A stretch of DNA of 64,000 bases from Balanoglossus misakiensis (lineage: Eukaryota > Animalia > Hemichordata): positions 8,587,337 through 8,651,336 of the forward strand of contig CM082586.2 of the NCBI GenBank assembly GCA_040954595.2, written 5' to 3'. Under the pieces are notes generated by a model. The model had not been told where the DNA came from and ran no database searches. It saw nothing but the letters and a program-made list of their open reading frames with translations. Positions 12,749-26,475 of this stretch are shown one piece after another. Made by a program: the position numbers and the translations under genes. The stretch's first letter is position 1. Each line of letters starts with the position of its first letter.

Positions 12749-15700
12749 TCAATTACAATAGTACTGTGCGTACACCGATGTACCGTTGATGCATTTCTCT
12801 AGTCCCTCGTCGTACGCCTCCCTTCCTTCACCTCTTCCGACGTATATGCCAACATTTTCGGTGCTGCAGTTCAGTGGAACCATCATTCTGGCTCTGAAGC
12901 CTGACCGAGTTTCATATCTGTCAGCCACACTATAGCTATACCACTCATCATAGAAATCATAATAGATACCCCAGTCATAATCATACCAGTCAGGATATAA
13001 ACAATCCCAAGACCCATAAAACCAATCCCAATACCCATAATACCAATCCCAATACCAATCCCACAATAACCAATAATATCCGTGGCCCAAGTAACACTGA
13101 TCTGCTAACATACTTTGTGACACCTCGAGTACTGTGCTCTGGACGAACAATACAGACCAATTGAAACGCTTCTCAATATCAGGCCCATCAATGCATCTGA
13201 ATTCTATGCAAGCAGCTGTGTCATTCCTCCAACGATTGGCGTTTTCTTCCAGTGACGTGTTCTTGATGCGATAGCCAACTAAATCAGACCCAGCGCCACT
13301 AAATCCTCCACCATAACTGGAAACGATGATTTCGTGTTCCCGATGTTGTGGATCATCGACACCAATCTTGATAAAGCAAGCCGCCGTGTCTTCTCCTTCA
13401 ACAGGATACCAGGAATACGGTGTACGCGGTTTAATATAATCAGCTGGGTTGTCTATGTCATAGTCCTCTGTCTCGTATTCAGTGATTGAAGTCTCGTCAA
13501 CGTAGCCTTGGCAATCGTACTGCAATGCCCATCCAGACTCCGGGTCGTCTGTATCGAATAGAAAGTTACTGCCACTGAAGCAGTTCCCCTCTGCTTTATA
13601 TCTAGCATCGTCACCTTCACCTGATGCAACATAGATTCCTGTGGAAGGGCCCCGTGTTACATTTACAGGAACTTTAAAGCGAAACACCCCGGTCTGTCTG
13701 TGTTCCTCTATCTCGTCACCAACGTTGGCATCTTCATGGTGCTGGAGAAGACCCCTGTTGACGCCAAAGTCTAGTGGTTTTAATTTACACCTTGAGGAGT
13801 CGATTGGGTCTATTATCACAACGGTCAGATCATCGCCTAATTCCTCGGCATCTTCGCCTTCAAAGGGAGACCCTTGGCGAATTGGGCCGCTGCACTTGAA
13901 TTCGATGCAGGCTGCTGTCTTGTGAGATAAAGGTTTGTAGGGTGGCTTTGGCTTGGAATCATCAATGCGGAGACCAAACATCTTGTCTTTCACTTGTGGT
14001 ATATCCCCACCATAGCTGGTGACGCGGAAACGGCCAGTGGAGGGGCCACCGTCAACTAGTATTTTTATGAAGCATGACATCTTACTGTCGCCCTCATACG
14101 GGTACCAAGACAGCGGACTCCTATCGCTTTCATCGGTGTCATCCTTTGCATTGTACGATTCTAAAGTTGAAGAAGGATTCTGCTGAGGTCTCTTCACAAA
14201 AATCACGTGGTTATCTTCGATGGTTGCCATCTCGCACCGGTCTTTTGCTCGGTCGACCTGCCACCATTGCCAGTAGAATGGGCCATAGTTGTCACTGTCT
14301 ATGACTTCATAGTCGTATACAGCATAGTTATCATCAAATTCGCTGTTTTGATATGACATCTGTGGTGTTATGGCTTTGACTGACATATAGTTATCACGTT
14401 CATATGCATCTGGTAGAGAGAAACTTTGCAGAACATTGTCTGGCCATTGACCAGGATGCTTTTCAGCTGGTGTGTCATTAGGGTGTATAGGATGAAGAGG
14501 GTTACCATCGTGTTCAGTCTTGACGTGAACTGAGTATCGCGTTTCATCTCGATGGCAATATGTTTCGATGCACACGGCACCACTAGCGTCAGTCAACTTT
14601 TCTTGAAAGTAAGCAAACAGTCGGCCCCTTGCCTTTGATACTGCGGTGACTTTTGCATTAGGGAGTGCTTCAGTCATGGCCTCGTCAGCATACACGCGCA
14701 CCTTCAGATAACATATACGAGTGTTCAGTTGTCTTGCATCGATATTACAGCCAAAAGAACGAAACACCGAACGCCTTTGTGCTGGAACCACTAAAGTACC
14801 GACAATAAATGCAGTGGAGGACCGTTTCTTTCTTGTCTGACTGACCAACTGAAAACCTCCAGCATCTTCCCAGTCACCTTTGTCGTCGTTGAGTGTCCAG
14901 AGTCTTGTCCGAAGCTGACCATTCTCATCAGTCTCGGCGATATCACTGTCAACACCATCGACCGGAATGACAATTTCTAATGGTTTGTCAACAATCAGCT
15001 CGTTGCCTTCATCATCGGCAAAGTCCATCGTAAATATACCGTATGTTTCCAAAGGTCTTGCATTGCCCTCTACATCAGTCGTGGTGAAATCACTTTGCAT
15101 TAATTCTAGTGCACCCGGGTCAGCGGGATCAACAAAGGTCACAGAGGCAGACACGTTACCTGTGTAGAGTTGCCCGTCGACTGTGCGAAAAGAGTCTGGC
15201 AGAATATCTAACTCAACAGACGGCTCTGAAGAATTGCCGAGGGGAATGGTTGTAGCTTCACTTGCATTGACCATAACTGGCAATGCTCGCCGTTGCAGAT
15301 AAACCTGGTGGTAAATGCTTACTCCGTCCCCTATAGGAAGTACCTTAGTAGACTCCACCAAAACATTCCTTCTGTCGACGAAAGTTACGGCCAGATGCCT
15401 AACTCCTTTGGAAATTTCAAAACTGAAGCCACCATCCTTAGAAGTACGATCAACACGCACTCCTGTGACATACAGACTGCCATACGGTAAAGGTTCGCCA
15501 TTGTCGGCAGCCACTGCTCGTCCTCGAATCCTTGTCTTCTGGACAGTACTGCATGAACAGTTGGTGGTCACGACGATACTTATATGGAAAGCGTCACATG
15601 GAAGAAGAAGTACATCCGTCGCTGAGGGATTGCAGCAAATTTCTTCCTCGTCAGAGCACTGTTCCTCGTTGCCATCAGACACACCAGCACACTTGGACAT

Positions 15701-18700
15701 GGCACATTTGCCAACATTCTGAAGATTTGTGCCGTCCTCACTTACGCAGCTTTGTGGTAACTGGACATAGTGTGGAAGTGGGTCAGGTGGGCACGTGTAG
15801 TTTGTTACTCCATCTGTCCGGAATTGCAAAAAAAAAATCAAATCATGAGGTATTCATTTGATGGTATTTATTGTCTATACGGCTGGGGCCATGATGCATA
15901 TTTTGTGGTTAGAGAACCTCAAACAATAGCGTCAAGGACACTGTGGTCCCATTTGAGGATTATGCGGAAACAGTGACACACCAGAATAAAAATTACAGGT
16001 GACATTGCAAGCAGATATGATCTTACCATATAGAAATATGGAATGTAAAAAAATTAACAAGGAACATGCCCAATAAACTGCCATGTGTCATGGCAGTCTT
16101 ACAAGTGATGCTAGAAAATAAATTGACCAAAAATTGTCTGTACAAACACATATGAGAAGCAACTTCTTTCAGTCAGCCCTGGAACAGACACACACTGACC
16201 TGCCACTGGTAATTAAAAATTTAATAGCTGGTGGTCTCTGTAACAGCTTGCCTATTAAAGTTATGTAAACATGTTTTAGTTCGGGGTAACAACTCCTTGT
16301 AAATAGTAACTTTAAAAACAACTGGACAATTGGTTTAGGAGAATATTTCTGATAAATATTGAATATTTCTGATATCAGAATTGAATAAAAGTTGCACATA
16401 TACATGTATGTGTTATGAAATTACATCCTAAATTTCAAAGCAATCAGAGAAAAAAACAAATTTCAAAGCAATCCAACAAGCAGTTTTACAGAAAATATTT
16501 GTTCAAAAGTGACAAAAACACAAATATGCAAATATCACCAAAATTGTACAATATTTTACATCAATCACTACAAGGAACATGCTTGCCAAAGTTCAATGCA
16601 ATATGACAAGCGGTTTCAGAGAAAACAATTTTTGACAAAAATTGCAAACATTTCCCCCGATAACACATTTATGCAAATATCACATTTTTTTACAACATAT
16701 TACTTAGGTTACCCCTACGAACATGTCTACCAAATTGCAAAGCAATCTGGCATGCGGTTTTAAAGAAAAAATAATTTTGACCAAAAATGGCAAATATTGC
16801 TCAAAATTATAAATATGCAAATTTTGCAACAATTTGAACAGAACTATGGTTACTCAGACAACCAACCATTAGGAAGCTTCATACTAAATTTCAAAGAAGT
16901 AAGCCCATCACTTTCAAAACATAAAGGACTGAATGAGGTTGACATAAGGTACATGCATACCAATATTCAAAGCAATATGACCAGTGGTTGTCGAGTTTTT
17001 GAGTTTTGACCAATTTCACATTTCCCCAGCTAATTTGCATATTTTTGGCAATGACAACTTCATTTGAACAAACTCCCATCAACAGCCCTGCCTGCATCTA
17101 CACACCAAATATCGAGGTCAGATGCGCTGCGGTTTTCAAGTTTTTGATGTGGACGGACATACAGACATACATCCATCCATACATACATACATACATACAT
17201 ACATACATACATACATACATACATACATACAGACGCAACCGATCCCATAAGGTCCCATGGTACATACCAATGGGACCTAAAAATGAAGAAAATCTCTTGC
17301 TATCGCCTGTGTTCTCACATATTGCTGATGCTATCGCACAATCCAAGGTAAACCAGTGATGAACTGACCCTACTTTGCATAACAATGTATGCGTAATTTT
17401 GCCCAAAGACCGACCGTGTCTGGATCGCGTCGCCTCTGCCGCATCACTGCACTGAAAATCAATGCGCCACACTCGAAACTTCGATTTTCGTAAAATCTGG
17501 GGAAACATATGCAATAGTAACATATCTCTAGACCCCTTGCGAGTGATCTATGCCACACAGGAGATATGTTCAGTCGCGATGCAGAGTTTTCTGCTGCCCT
17601 CGTAAAAGTTCTGCCGCAAACTACACCGGATAAATCGTGGGACTAACTCCTGTACTTCACAGATGACGCGCAGAGGTAATGGAGTTCAGCCACACCGGTA
17701 CACATATTCGCAAAAGGTCTATTAAGTAATGTTAGGGCCAACTAAGTTTGACCCATGTTACAAACTTGGAAACCACAAAATGGGCAGCAAGCGATTAGAC
17801 GAAAGATAAGTCGAGGACATTATGCAGAAAAAAACACTACTTTTCTAGTGTTCTAACTACAGTGCCGTTATATAAACAAGGTGTAATAAGAAAAAAACAT
17901 GTTTTGGAAAGCGTGGATATTGTCTTAGCATTACACACATTATGTAATATCTCACCAACGACAGATAAAATTGCAGGAATGGAGTACATCGAGCCAGCTT
18001 CACTGTTTGCTCTACAAGTGTATTTCCCACCGTCGCCCATGCTCAAATTTCCCAAATGTAGGGAATTAGAAGAATTATACGTGTCTTCTAAAATTAAACC
18101 GTCTTTGAACCTGTGAATGGAATGAAAATGGGATGTATAATGACGAATCACTAGTGCATATTTTATATGTCATTTGTATAGATTTAGTCGCAGCTAGTAA
18201 GTTTGAATATCTGCCAGTAAACAGATACCGCGGCTGGGAAAGATTTCAGACAATGACACAACACTGTGTCAATAACAAAGTATACAACCGTGTCTTTACA
18301 GCAAAGAATACAGACCTGTATACCACTCGAATTCCCTTAGAAGCTTATGGTGTTTTTAATTATAAAATAAGCATCATACACAGGACAAAAACGTCACTGA
18401 CGCATTCTCATGATAATAGTTATTGCCAATACAAAACAACTAAATGTTTTTCCACTAGTCGTTTGGAAAGATACATGACTCTCACGTTAACATAATATAA
18501 CATTGTCTTCGAAGTATGTTGACAATCATTAACTCGTCATACTGCAAAATGTTATATATATATTTACCATTCGTAGTAACTTGGGTCAGGCGTTCCATAG
18601 GCGTTACAACAAAACTTGACATCTTGTCCAACAAGTCTTATCTTATTTTGAGGATGTTCATCAATGATTGGTGGTACTGAAACAAACGAAACATTTAAAC

Positions 18701-20973
18701 TCATTTTACAAAGCAATTGTCACTTTATTTTAATTTATTCATCATTTTATGTTTTAATTACCTTTATTTACATTTAAATTATTTACCTTCATTATGATAA
18801 AATTATATAAAATTTTAAATTCGTTTGTTATCAGAGGAAGCATTAGGTTCCAAAATTATCACAAGCACGTGTTTATGTGTTCAAAGCATGGTTTGGTTGG
18901 TCGCATATATCGATTGGCCAGGAGCAGACTGTGTAGTACATTGATCTCTTTAATTTGCGGCGATTATTATAAGCCTCTGATCTATCCATGATATCCATGT
19001 GAGTATTAGGACACTTCAGAATGATGACTCACAAAATTTTTCCATGATGACTTCGATGTGTACTGTTCCAGGTGATTCAGGAGACGAGACTAAGATGTTG
19101 GTTGTCTTGAAGGTTTCCTTGGTAACAATCAAAGCTGTTTCCTCCACGCATGTGCCATTGACTACAAAACGGCCCTCTTCGTCAGTAACGGCGATGGGCG
19201 TAAGTGGAGATTCGGCCCTGAAGATGAGGGCGTTTCGAATCCTGCGTCCAGAAGTCTCAGACACGGTTCCTGTGGTGTTACTGTCCACGCATGTGCAGTA
19301 CAAACACGAAGAATCCAGAGTCCCATAGTTGCACGTTTTTGCACAATCTGCGAAGAGAACAGAAAATTGTTATTCTACCATTTTGTTTGGCAAAATCTTA
19401 CACATGAAACTACAATAAGGTAAAGAGAAAACCCATTCTCTTAGTTACCATGTAGAGCAATATATCATACGGGTATACAAGCAACACGTATATTCGACAG
19501 AAATAGCAAAAACTGATCTTAAAAGTATACAATCAACTCTCATTAAAGCCCAATGAGCTGCAACATTTGGCGAAAGGGCGTTCTTGTCTTCTAGTGATCA
19601 TGTGGTGGTATGCTTGTTCGCGTGGCCACCCGATGAAAACCCGTTATTGGATAGATCTCAACTTCTGGGTCATGATAACTTACGTAAACTTTGGATACCT
19701 TGCATGTCATTTGTTTGCGGTCATTAAAGGTCGACGATCGTCTTCTGGTTACAAAAATTGTATACAGTCAATGCCATAATTGTGTCCTAACAGCAGACAA
19801 GATGGCGGCGACCATAGTCTGTGTTGGAGGTCGGGACAAGACAGCAAATTGTGTGAAAAGATGGCACTACTTACTTGGGCAGTCCCATTCGGAGCAAAGT
19901 TTGTGTTGGTGTGGTTGGCCGATGCAGGTCTTGTTGTCTAACAGTGTCGCTGAAAAACATGTTCTTGTTCGGTTCTGCGTCCCGCCTCCACAAGAGACGG
20001 AACAGGATGACCACTGTCCCCAGGTCAGCCAGCTTGTTGTATCTGTGTATGTAAATTAATCTCGGTATTTCATGTTTTTCTTTCGGTATTATTCACAAAA
20101 GAAAAAAGAACAGAGTACCATAAAATAAGATTTGTGAGGCTGAAATAAAGTCTTATCTGACTGTTTTAGTTGATGATGTGAGGAGTTTTGACTTTATATT
20201 TTGACATTTTCTGACAATTTCAATACTTTCTTATCAAATTGGGAGTACATATATAAGTACCACTTATGTACGTCAATGGATCATCATAGGGAGAAGCGGT
20301 GGATGACTTTGCTTGTTCTGTGGACACAGAGTCAGTGGTTGTGTCTGTAGACATGTTGTCTTCAGTCGATGTTTGTGTTGTGGAAGAACCAGAAGTAAAC
20401 GATGAGACCGTCGCTGCACTTCCGGTTGACCCTGGTTTCGGCGATTGGACACTCTGGGTCTGGGTGTTGGATATAGTTACTTCTGTAGGACGCGTGGTCA
20501 GTCTTTCAGATGTCACTGTTGTAACTCCACTATCACCAATCGTCAAGTCTGAAAAACAGAAGAAACAAGGTCGTCTGTTGCAATACTGTTGTTCACTCTG
20601 ACGTCACAAATTTATGGAAATGCAAGAGTTGCATCCATTACAAATAATATCAGGTTTTTGTCATCGAAGGTTCACGATGACCTATGCAAATTTAGCTACG
20701 GTTATGTTAGAAATTTAAAATCCAGTGAATCACAGATGAACAGGAGTTTGCTGCGTGAAGAAAGTGAGACCTGGACATGACGTTATATGAATATGTAAAT
20801 TACAGCTTGGCTGTTTTATACTCACCTTGGCGACCACGACTTCCGGCATACGGGCCATATTGATAAACGGCAAACCCAGTCCCGCCAAAAGCAGCTACAA
20901 ACAACAGCGCCGCTAGACCCAGGAGAAGACGCGACTTCTTCTTCCTGGGAACATGATCACGACTACCCTCCAT
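12749..20973 (-). CDS. Cartilage intermediate layer protein (CILP)-like protein, ~1415 aa
   Basis: Exons 20973-20826, 20548-20261, 20042-19875 (TSP1: WGQWSSCSVSCGGGTQNRTRTC), 19347-19033, 18676-18568 and 18110-17956 (Ig: FCCNAYGTPDP..W..DGGKYTCRA), 15813-12749. Total 4248 nt, in frame, all GT-AG. The large last exon contains NVSASVTFVDP, PLETYGIF, LWTLN..GDWE, an RKKR furin site and SWYP..CFIKI..AACIEFKC, as in CILP. Confidence 0.88.
15925..17279 (-). mobile_element. HINE/DINE-1-like element, copy 2 (last intron of the CILP-like gene)
   Basis: Shares the ~95-bp left end (ATAGCGTCAAGGACACTGTGGTCCC...) and the ~340-bp right end with (CATA)n and the hairpin with copy 1; the middle differs. Confidence 0.75.
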
Positions 20974-23900
20974 AGCCGCTCTTTCTAAAAAAAAAAACAG
21001 AATTCCAATATAATTATTAAGTATAAAGGGCAGTGAACCCCAATTTTTCTTCGTAAGAGAGAATAATCTTAAATTGCCTGAACAAAATATGAAGTGTCAA
21101 ACTGATTTCCGAGGTGCATATACGCATTTCCTTCATGTATAAATCAGCGTCGACGAGAAATTTCTCCAGCTATAACCGTGACAGGCGTTCATGGAGGTCT
21201 CATCTCTGTTTCACATAGCTTCACAAACGGTTATGCATGAAAGAAGAACGCGTATATCTGGGTCACAATATAACTGTACGCCAAAGGCTTAGTCGGTAAA
21301 ATCGACATTCGCTCGGTCAAACACCTAAACGAAATCCTTTGTTGAGGAAGAAAAAATACTTCTTTGTAAATAGGAGAAAGAAACACCATAATATCAATGC
21401 AGAAATCACATGGCCAACGTGACCCCCAGAGTGCCTTCCCACACCAGTCCTGTAAATACCCCCCCCCCCTCCGAATGCAAATGGCCATTGCCTTACTCAT
21501 AGGAAATAAAAAATATCACCAGCGCCATTAATGAAAGTTGTGTACTTATTGCAGGATCTCACATTTAAAAGGGGTTGTTTAAAACCTTCTTTTTGAGAAT
21601 TTTGCAGCAAATAAACACTCTGTGCATGGCGTGATATTCAGGCGACTAAACAACCTGCCTGTGTGAAGTAAGTCGATAGTAGTTTGCATTACGTGTCTGA
21701 AATGAATGTTCGCCTGTTGATGACGTCACCGCTGAGAGTAATAGTCCCTTTGTGGACTCTATGTGGTACATTATATCTTTATAGGAGGCGTACTCGAGTT
21801 GAAATGTTAGCACAGTGGTCTGTCGCTGCAGCAAACTTGCACGCGCAGGAAAAAAGGATAAAAGACACACAGTGAAATGTTTTTGAGAGAATTCGAAGCA
21901 ATGACATACAGGTAGATAATACACACCTCAAAACAGTGTGTACTTGAACAAAAATCTCGACTCAAAGTCACATAACTGTGAAATGAAAAGAGAATATATC
22001 GAATAAGCTAAGCCTACCCTTATAGTCAAAAGTTGTGGAAACTTTGGTCAACAGAGCCTGTTTTGCTGCTAGCTGCACCGACAACCTCCAGTACAAACCA
22101 TAGACAGTACTGTCTATGTACAAACTGACGCTCTGTAGCCGATGGTTATGGTTTTTTAACACACAAGGTTTTTGTGGAGCAATTGATGGCCACTCCCATC
22201 TACATATATAATACAATGTTGCGCTGCCACTTATCGTATCAGTGACAAGCCCTTATGAACCTACTGTCGTGACTTGGTTTCTTAAACGTTCGGCTGATGT
22301 ATACTAACCTGGCGTTTTGCAATTACATGTACATCATTTCTGCTTCAACGCTTGGAAACCATATATTGACAATTATTATTCAATGTTGCAGCAATTTTAT
22401 TTACGTCTATTTGCCACAAACTCCTAGTAATTTTGCTGTGTCTATCACGGTTTCTTGTTTAAGTCACTGTGACATGCTAATATCTCCTTCCCAGCGATGT
22501 GTGATTGCATCAAAGTCGAATAAATTGGTTGAAATTTAAGAGTGAGCATAAGATCTGACAATTTCCAAAATATAAGGCGCCTTGAATCTGTATGTAAACA
22601 CTGGAACAGAAATGTTTTTACGTGCAGAAGTGCGTATTTGAATTTGTGCATTGACTGCAACATGCATGTGCGTATCCGTATGTATATCACCGATTCCGTA
22701 TAAATTTTGTAAACATTCCGTGAAATGCCGTGGACGGTGTTAGTATGGTTACTCAAGTAAAATGAAGAGTTCAGAGTTCGGCCACTTTATATTTACATAC
22801 CGATAAACACCGCAAAAACTTGGTTCTACGACGTAGTCCCCTTTACTTCTATAAGTCCCAAGTTTCAAGTTCTTTTCATCCGTTGCTGGTTACATTGTCG
22901 ATCAAGTAAATGAATTTGATAGGAATTTATCTTATGCGAAATTCTAATTATATTCACATATTACGGTATTCTTCACGAACATGTATCCACTTTGAACACT
23001 TTTTTAGACTTCGTTTGATCAGATGATGAAGAAGTTTCTCTTATCACGTGATAAACTTTATACACCTACAAAATTTAGCCACGCCCACGGTTGCAATGAA
23101 AGTTGAGATCTATAACCGATCATGAATATTCAGTGAGTGGCCACACGATAAACAGCGGTCTTTCGCATTAGAAGACTCGGCTGTCAGTGCCAGGTCAGAA
23201 GAGCATGAGAGAAGTTGTGTACGCAGACTGGTTTTGTTGGCCCCTTGGTACGCAACCCTGGGAAAACATCCATGAGAGCACAATACCGCCGGTCTTTTCT
23301 TTTGTCGATGACATGCCTCATTAAATCACTACAGACGTGACTTGAATAAAATGCACTGTTGGAATCAGGTTTGCACATTTGGCTTGCATTGGATCAACCA
23401 ATAGACCAATGCAAGCCAATATCATAGGATCACACGAAACAATAAACAGTTACTGCTGCATTATATTTGTGGTCACACCACAAACAACTGGTTCGTATAG
23501 CCACAACAGTACGATCCCGAAAACTGGATAGATTAGTACAAATGCAAAATTATGGTCACATTTGCGTGATCAACTAACTAGGCATGTGGTATAGGTCGAA
23601 TACTGAACCGACTGCAATCGACCCAGCTGATCGTTTTATTATCGATAGCTCGGGCAATGCATGGATAATTCTAGCTTTGAAGCATGTATTTTGGTATGGA
23701 CGATTGACACTTGGGGAAGGGGGTTAGGATCTCGTACTGATGTGTTACGAATGGATCGTTTACGAATAAACCGCGAGTATCGGAGAGTGCGATAATAGTT
23801 CATGAAAGCACGCAAATGTCCATACATGTACATAGACAATGTGTGCCGAAATGTGATGAGCAAATGTCTAACACAAATGTGGGGGCGCTATTCCCTATAG

Positions 23901-24894
23901 CGTAACACAGGAGCGTGGTTCCATGTACATGTTATTTGTCGGGATTTATTGCTCACAAATCTGTATAGGCCTATGTCGTTCTTCTCACAAATATAGATGT
24001 TGTAATGCAAATTTAGGCTAAAAAGGGAGAAAGTTATATGCGGCTACACACAATGCCTGCGTACGTGACAGATTTCGATCATAAGTTAGTATAAAACCAT
24101 CGCAACATTGATACTCAAACCACTTATCAGCTTACACTTCACGTCAATGTTATTTCCGGCCATGTATTTACTCCTTACTTATTCGGCCAGACTACTGTGA
24201 CCTTTTGAACAAGAAAAGAAAACATGTTTCGGTCGGCAAATCAGAGTAAAAGTTGTCGGTTTTGCGCTGATGTGAATTTTTTCACACTAATTTCCAATTC
24301 TGAGAGAATTTTATACTGATGCAAGCCTATCGCAATCGCATGAATCGGACATTCTTCCGTGTACGTTTTCTTGCGTCAAGTTATTGTTGGATGTAGTAGA
24401 TTTAGTTCATTTAATTTTGGGGATAGTTACAGGCAGTTGCGACATTTCCAACTGGTATTGTATATAATCTTTCCGCATTTCGGTATAATACTAGAATTTC
24501 GGCAAAATACTAGGCTTATTCCAAACTGTGTTTGAATAATGTCTTTTTCAATTAATTGTGCCCAAGTCATTCATAATTTAATCTTGTCTTACAGTATCCC
24601 GTTCGAATTCAGATTGATCGTCCTGTTATTGTAGCAGCTATCTGGTGTCTATATAGTCATTAATTAGGCATAAACTGGTAATATCCGATATAGGGTACCA
24701 TCAGACTTCCAAAATACTTTCCTTCGAGAGACGAAATAATCAAAAGGATGCAATAATAAGACGCACTGTGGAAGTTTGTAATTATTTTGTGGCACTGGTG
24801 CAAGTGCATGCAACGAATTATACTTGACCCTGCAGCCTTGAGCTGTGTGGCGGTGGAGAAACCTGTCAGGCAGATTCACGTGATTGTCGTTGAG

Positions 24895-25155
24895 GGCGAT
24901 GCGCATGCGTTGTGCTGCAGTTGGTGCAGCTGGTATGTGCGGCTCTGCCTGGACGGCTTTGTGAACTTTCGTGAGCGGTTTGAATGGGGCGCCCAGCCCT
25001 CAGAATGGAATATTATGAAGTACTGACCCTCAGAATGGAATATTATCTAAGTATTGGCCACCAGTCCGGGTGCAAGTTTTATCATAGACGGTAGAAATGT
25101 TGCTAGCTGAGGCCAGGACGTTTACCCGATGACGTCATGTAATATGGCCGCGCAA
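24895..25155 (+). promoter_or_regulatory. Promoter-like motif cluster
   Basis: NRF1-like TGCGCATGCGT at ~24900, CRE TGACGTCA at ~25130, YY1-like AATATGGCCG at ~25141, and a 20-bp direct repeat CCCTCAGAATGGAATATTAT at ~24997 and ~25027. Confidence 0.4.
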
Positions 25156-26104
25156 GTCTCCATCTGACGAGAATATTCGAGAGGGATGTGTAATGCCCTC
25201 AGAAAATGGAGTATAATTTGTGTGCGCGTTTGAATCCAAGATTTGTGCTGGAGTTAGCCCGGATGCACAGTGTGCATGGAATGTCAAGTTGGACGCCTTG
25301 ATGTTTCAGTGAGTATTATTTAAGCTTTACTTTTGGAAGTTTTGCCCCCGGTTTTGCCATGAATAATTTGTAAATGTACATGTAAAAAATTTGTGACGCA
25401 GTTACTCCTAAGTACCATGTAGGTACGGGGCCAAATGTGTCAGAGTCCATAAAAATACCGGTAATTTACGCAAAGAGTGATTTTTAGTTAGAATTTTACA
25501 ACTTTGAGTCAGTACGCATTTTATTACGGGGTGTTCAGTATCAAGCTGTGTACATATGTTCTAAAAGTTGACCCATTTTGAGATCATTTAGGGATTTCTA
25601 GTCACAATATTTGGGTCGATTTCATTTCATTTGGCCGCTGTTCTGTTGCATATGCATGTCAAGTCTTTTTTTCAAAGTTATGGAAACATTTCCAATGTTA
25701 TCCTTATTGACACATCCCGTGATGTTTTTTTACGTGCGTGTCAATCGATAGTCTTGTGGTATGCGTTCTTTTTGTGCTGATCCATATAAAACAACGTCAT
25801 CAGTCATCAGTTGTCTGAATAGTTGCACACCAGGCATCAGTTCCGAAAAATGATGCTCGGTCGCTTCAAAAACGACATATTGTGCATGTGCGAAATGGAA
25901 ATTTTAGTAAACAAAGATGTCCTTACACTTTACCATACACTGTGTATCGTGAGTTCTTATGCAAAGCTGCGGATGAGATGTGTAACAAAACACATATTGA
26001 CTGGCTTTTTGGGCAAAAGCATACGTTTTTCATCCCTCAGGACTGTGAGTCACCCCAAAACAGACTGTTTTCCGAGGCCAAAGAGATAACTCACAATCCC
26101 TCGG

Positions 26105-26313
26105 CAGTGTTTCATCTAGACAAAGATCTAGACAGGGGGATGGGGGGGGGGGATTAAACCCCTGTTGACATGTTGGCACCCCCTAGCAAGGGGGGATCAG
26201 TGCCCCTTAAAATGATGTCACTCACATGTTGAAGATATTACAGTACCCCCTTGCCAAATATTCTGGCAAAGGGGGACATATCCCCCTGCCGATGCCGTCC
26301 TGGATAAAACACT
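26105..26313. mobile_element. Small TIR element (hAT-like ends)
   Basis: CAGTGTTTCATCTAG.../...CTGGATAAAACACTG; CCTCGG repeated on both flanks. Confidence 0.55.
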
Positions 26314-26383
26314 GCCTCGGGTTACAGACGTATGCTGTTTCCCTCATGGCAAGTCAATATGTGTATACTGTATCCAAAGACTC

Positions 26384-26475
26384 CATGTATGTATGTATGT
26401 CTGTCTGTCCACATCAAGACTTAAAAACCGCTGCGTGTATGACCTAGATATATGGTGTGTAGATGCAGGCCAGAC
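26384..26475 (+). mobile_element. Fragment of the same HINE family
   Basis: (GTAT)(GTCT) microsatellite followed by CCACATCAAGACTTAAAAACCGCTGCG, the reverse complement of the HINE core at 3110-3180. A more decayed piece lies at ~27530-27750. Confidence 0.65.

Noticed and set aside
12749-15841. Stand-alone 1030-aa intronless or horizontally acquired gene
   Set aside because: It is the large last exon of the CILP-like gene, with the acceptor at 15813. A large terminal exon is normal for CILP.
24787-25026. Cys-rich ORF resembling a zinc finger
   Set aside because: Non-ATG start and no consistent PHD or RING spacing; overlaps promoter-like sequence.
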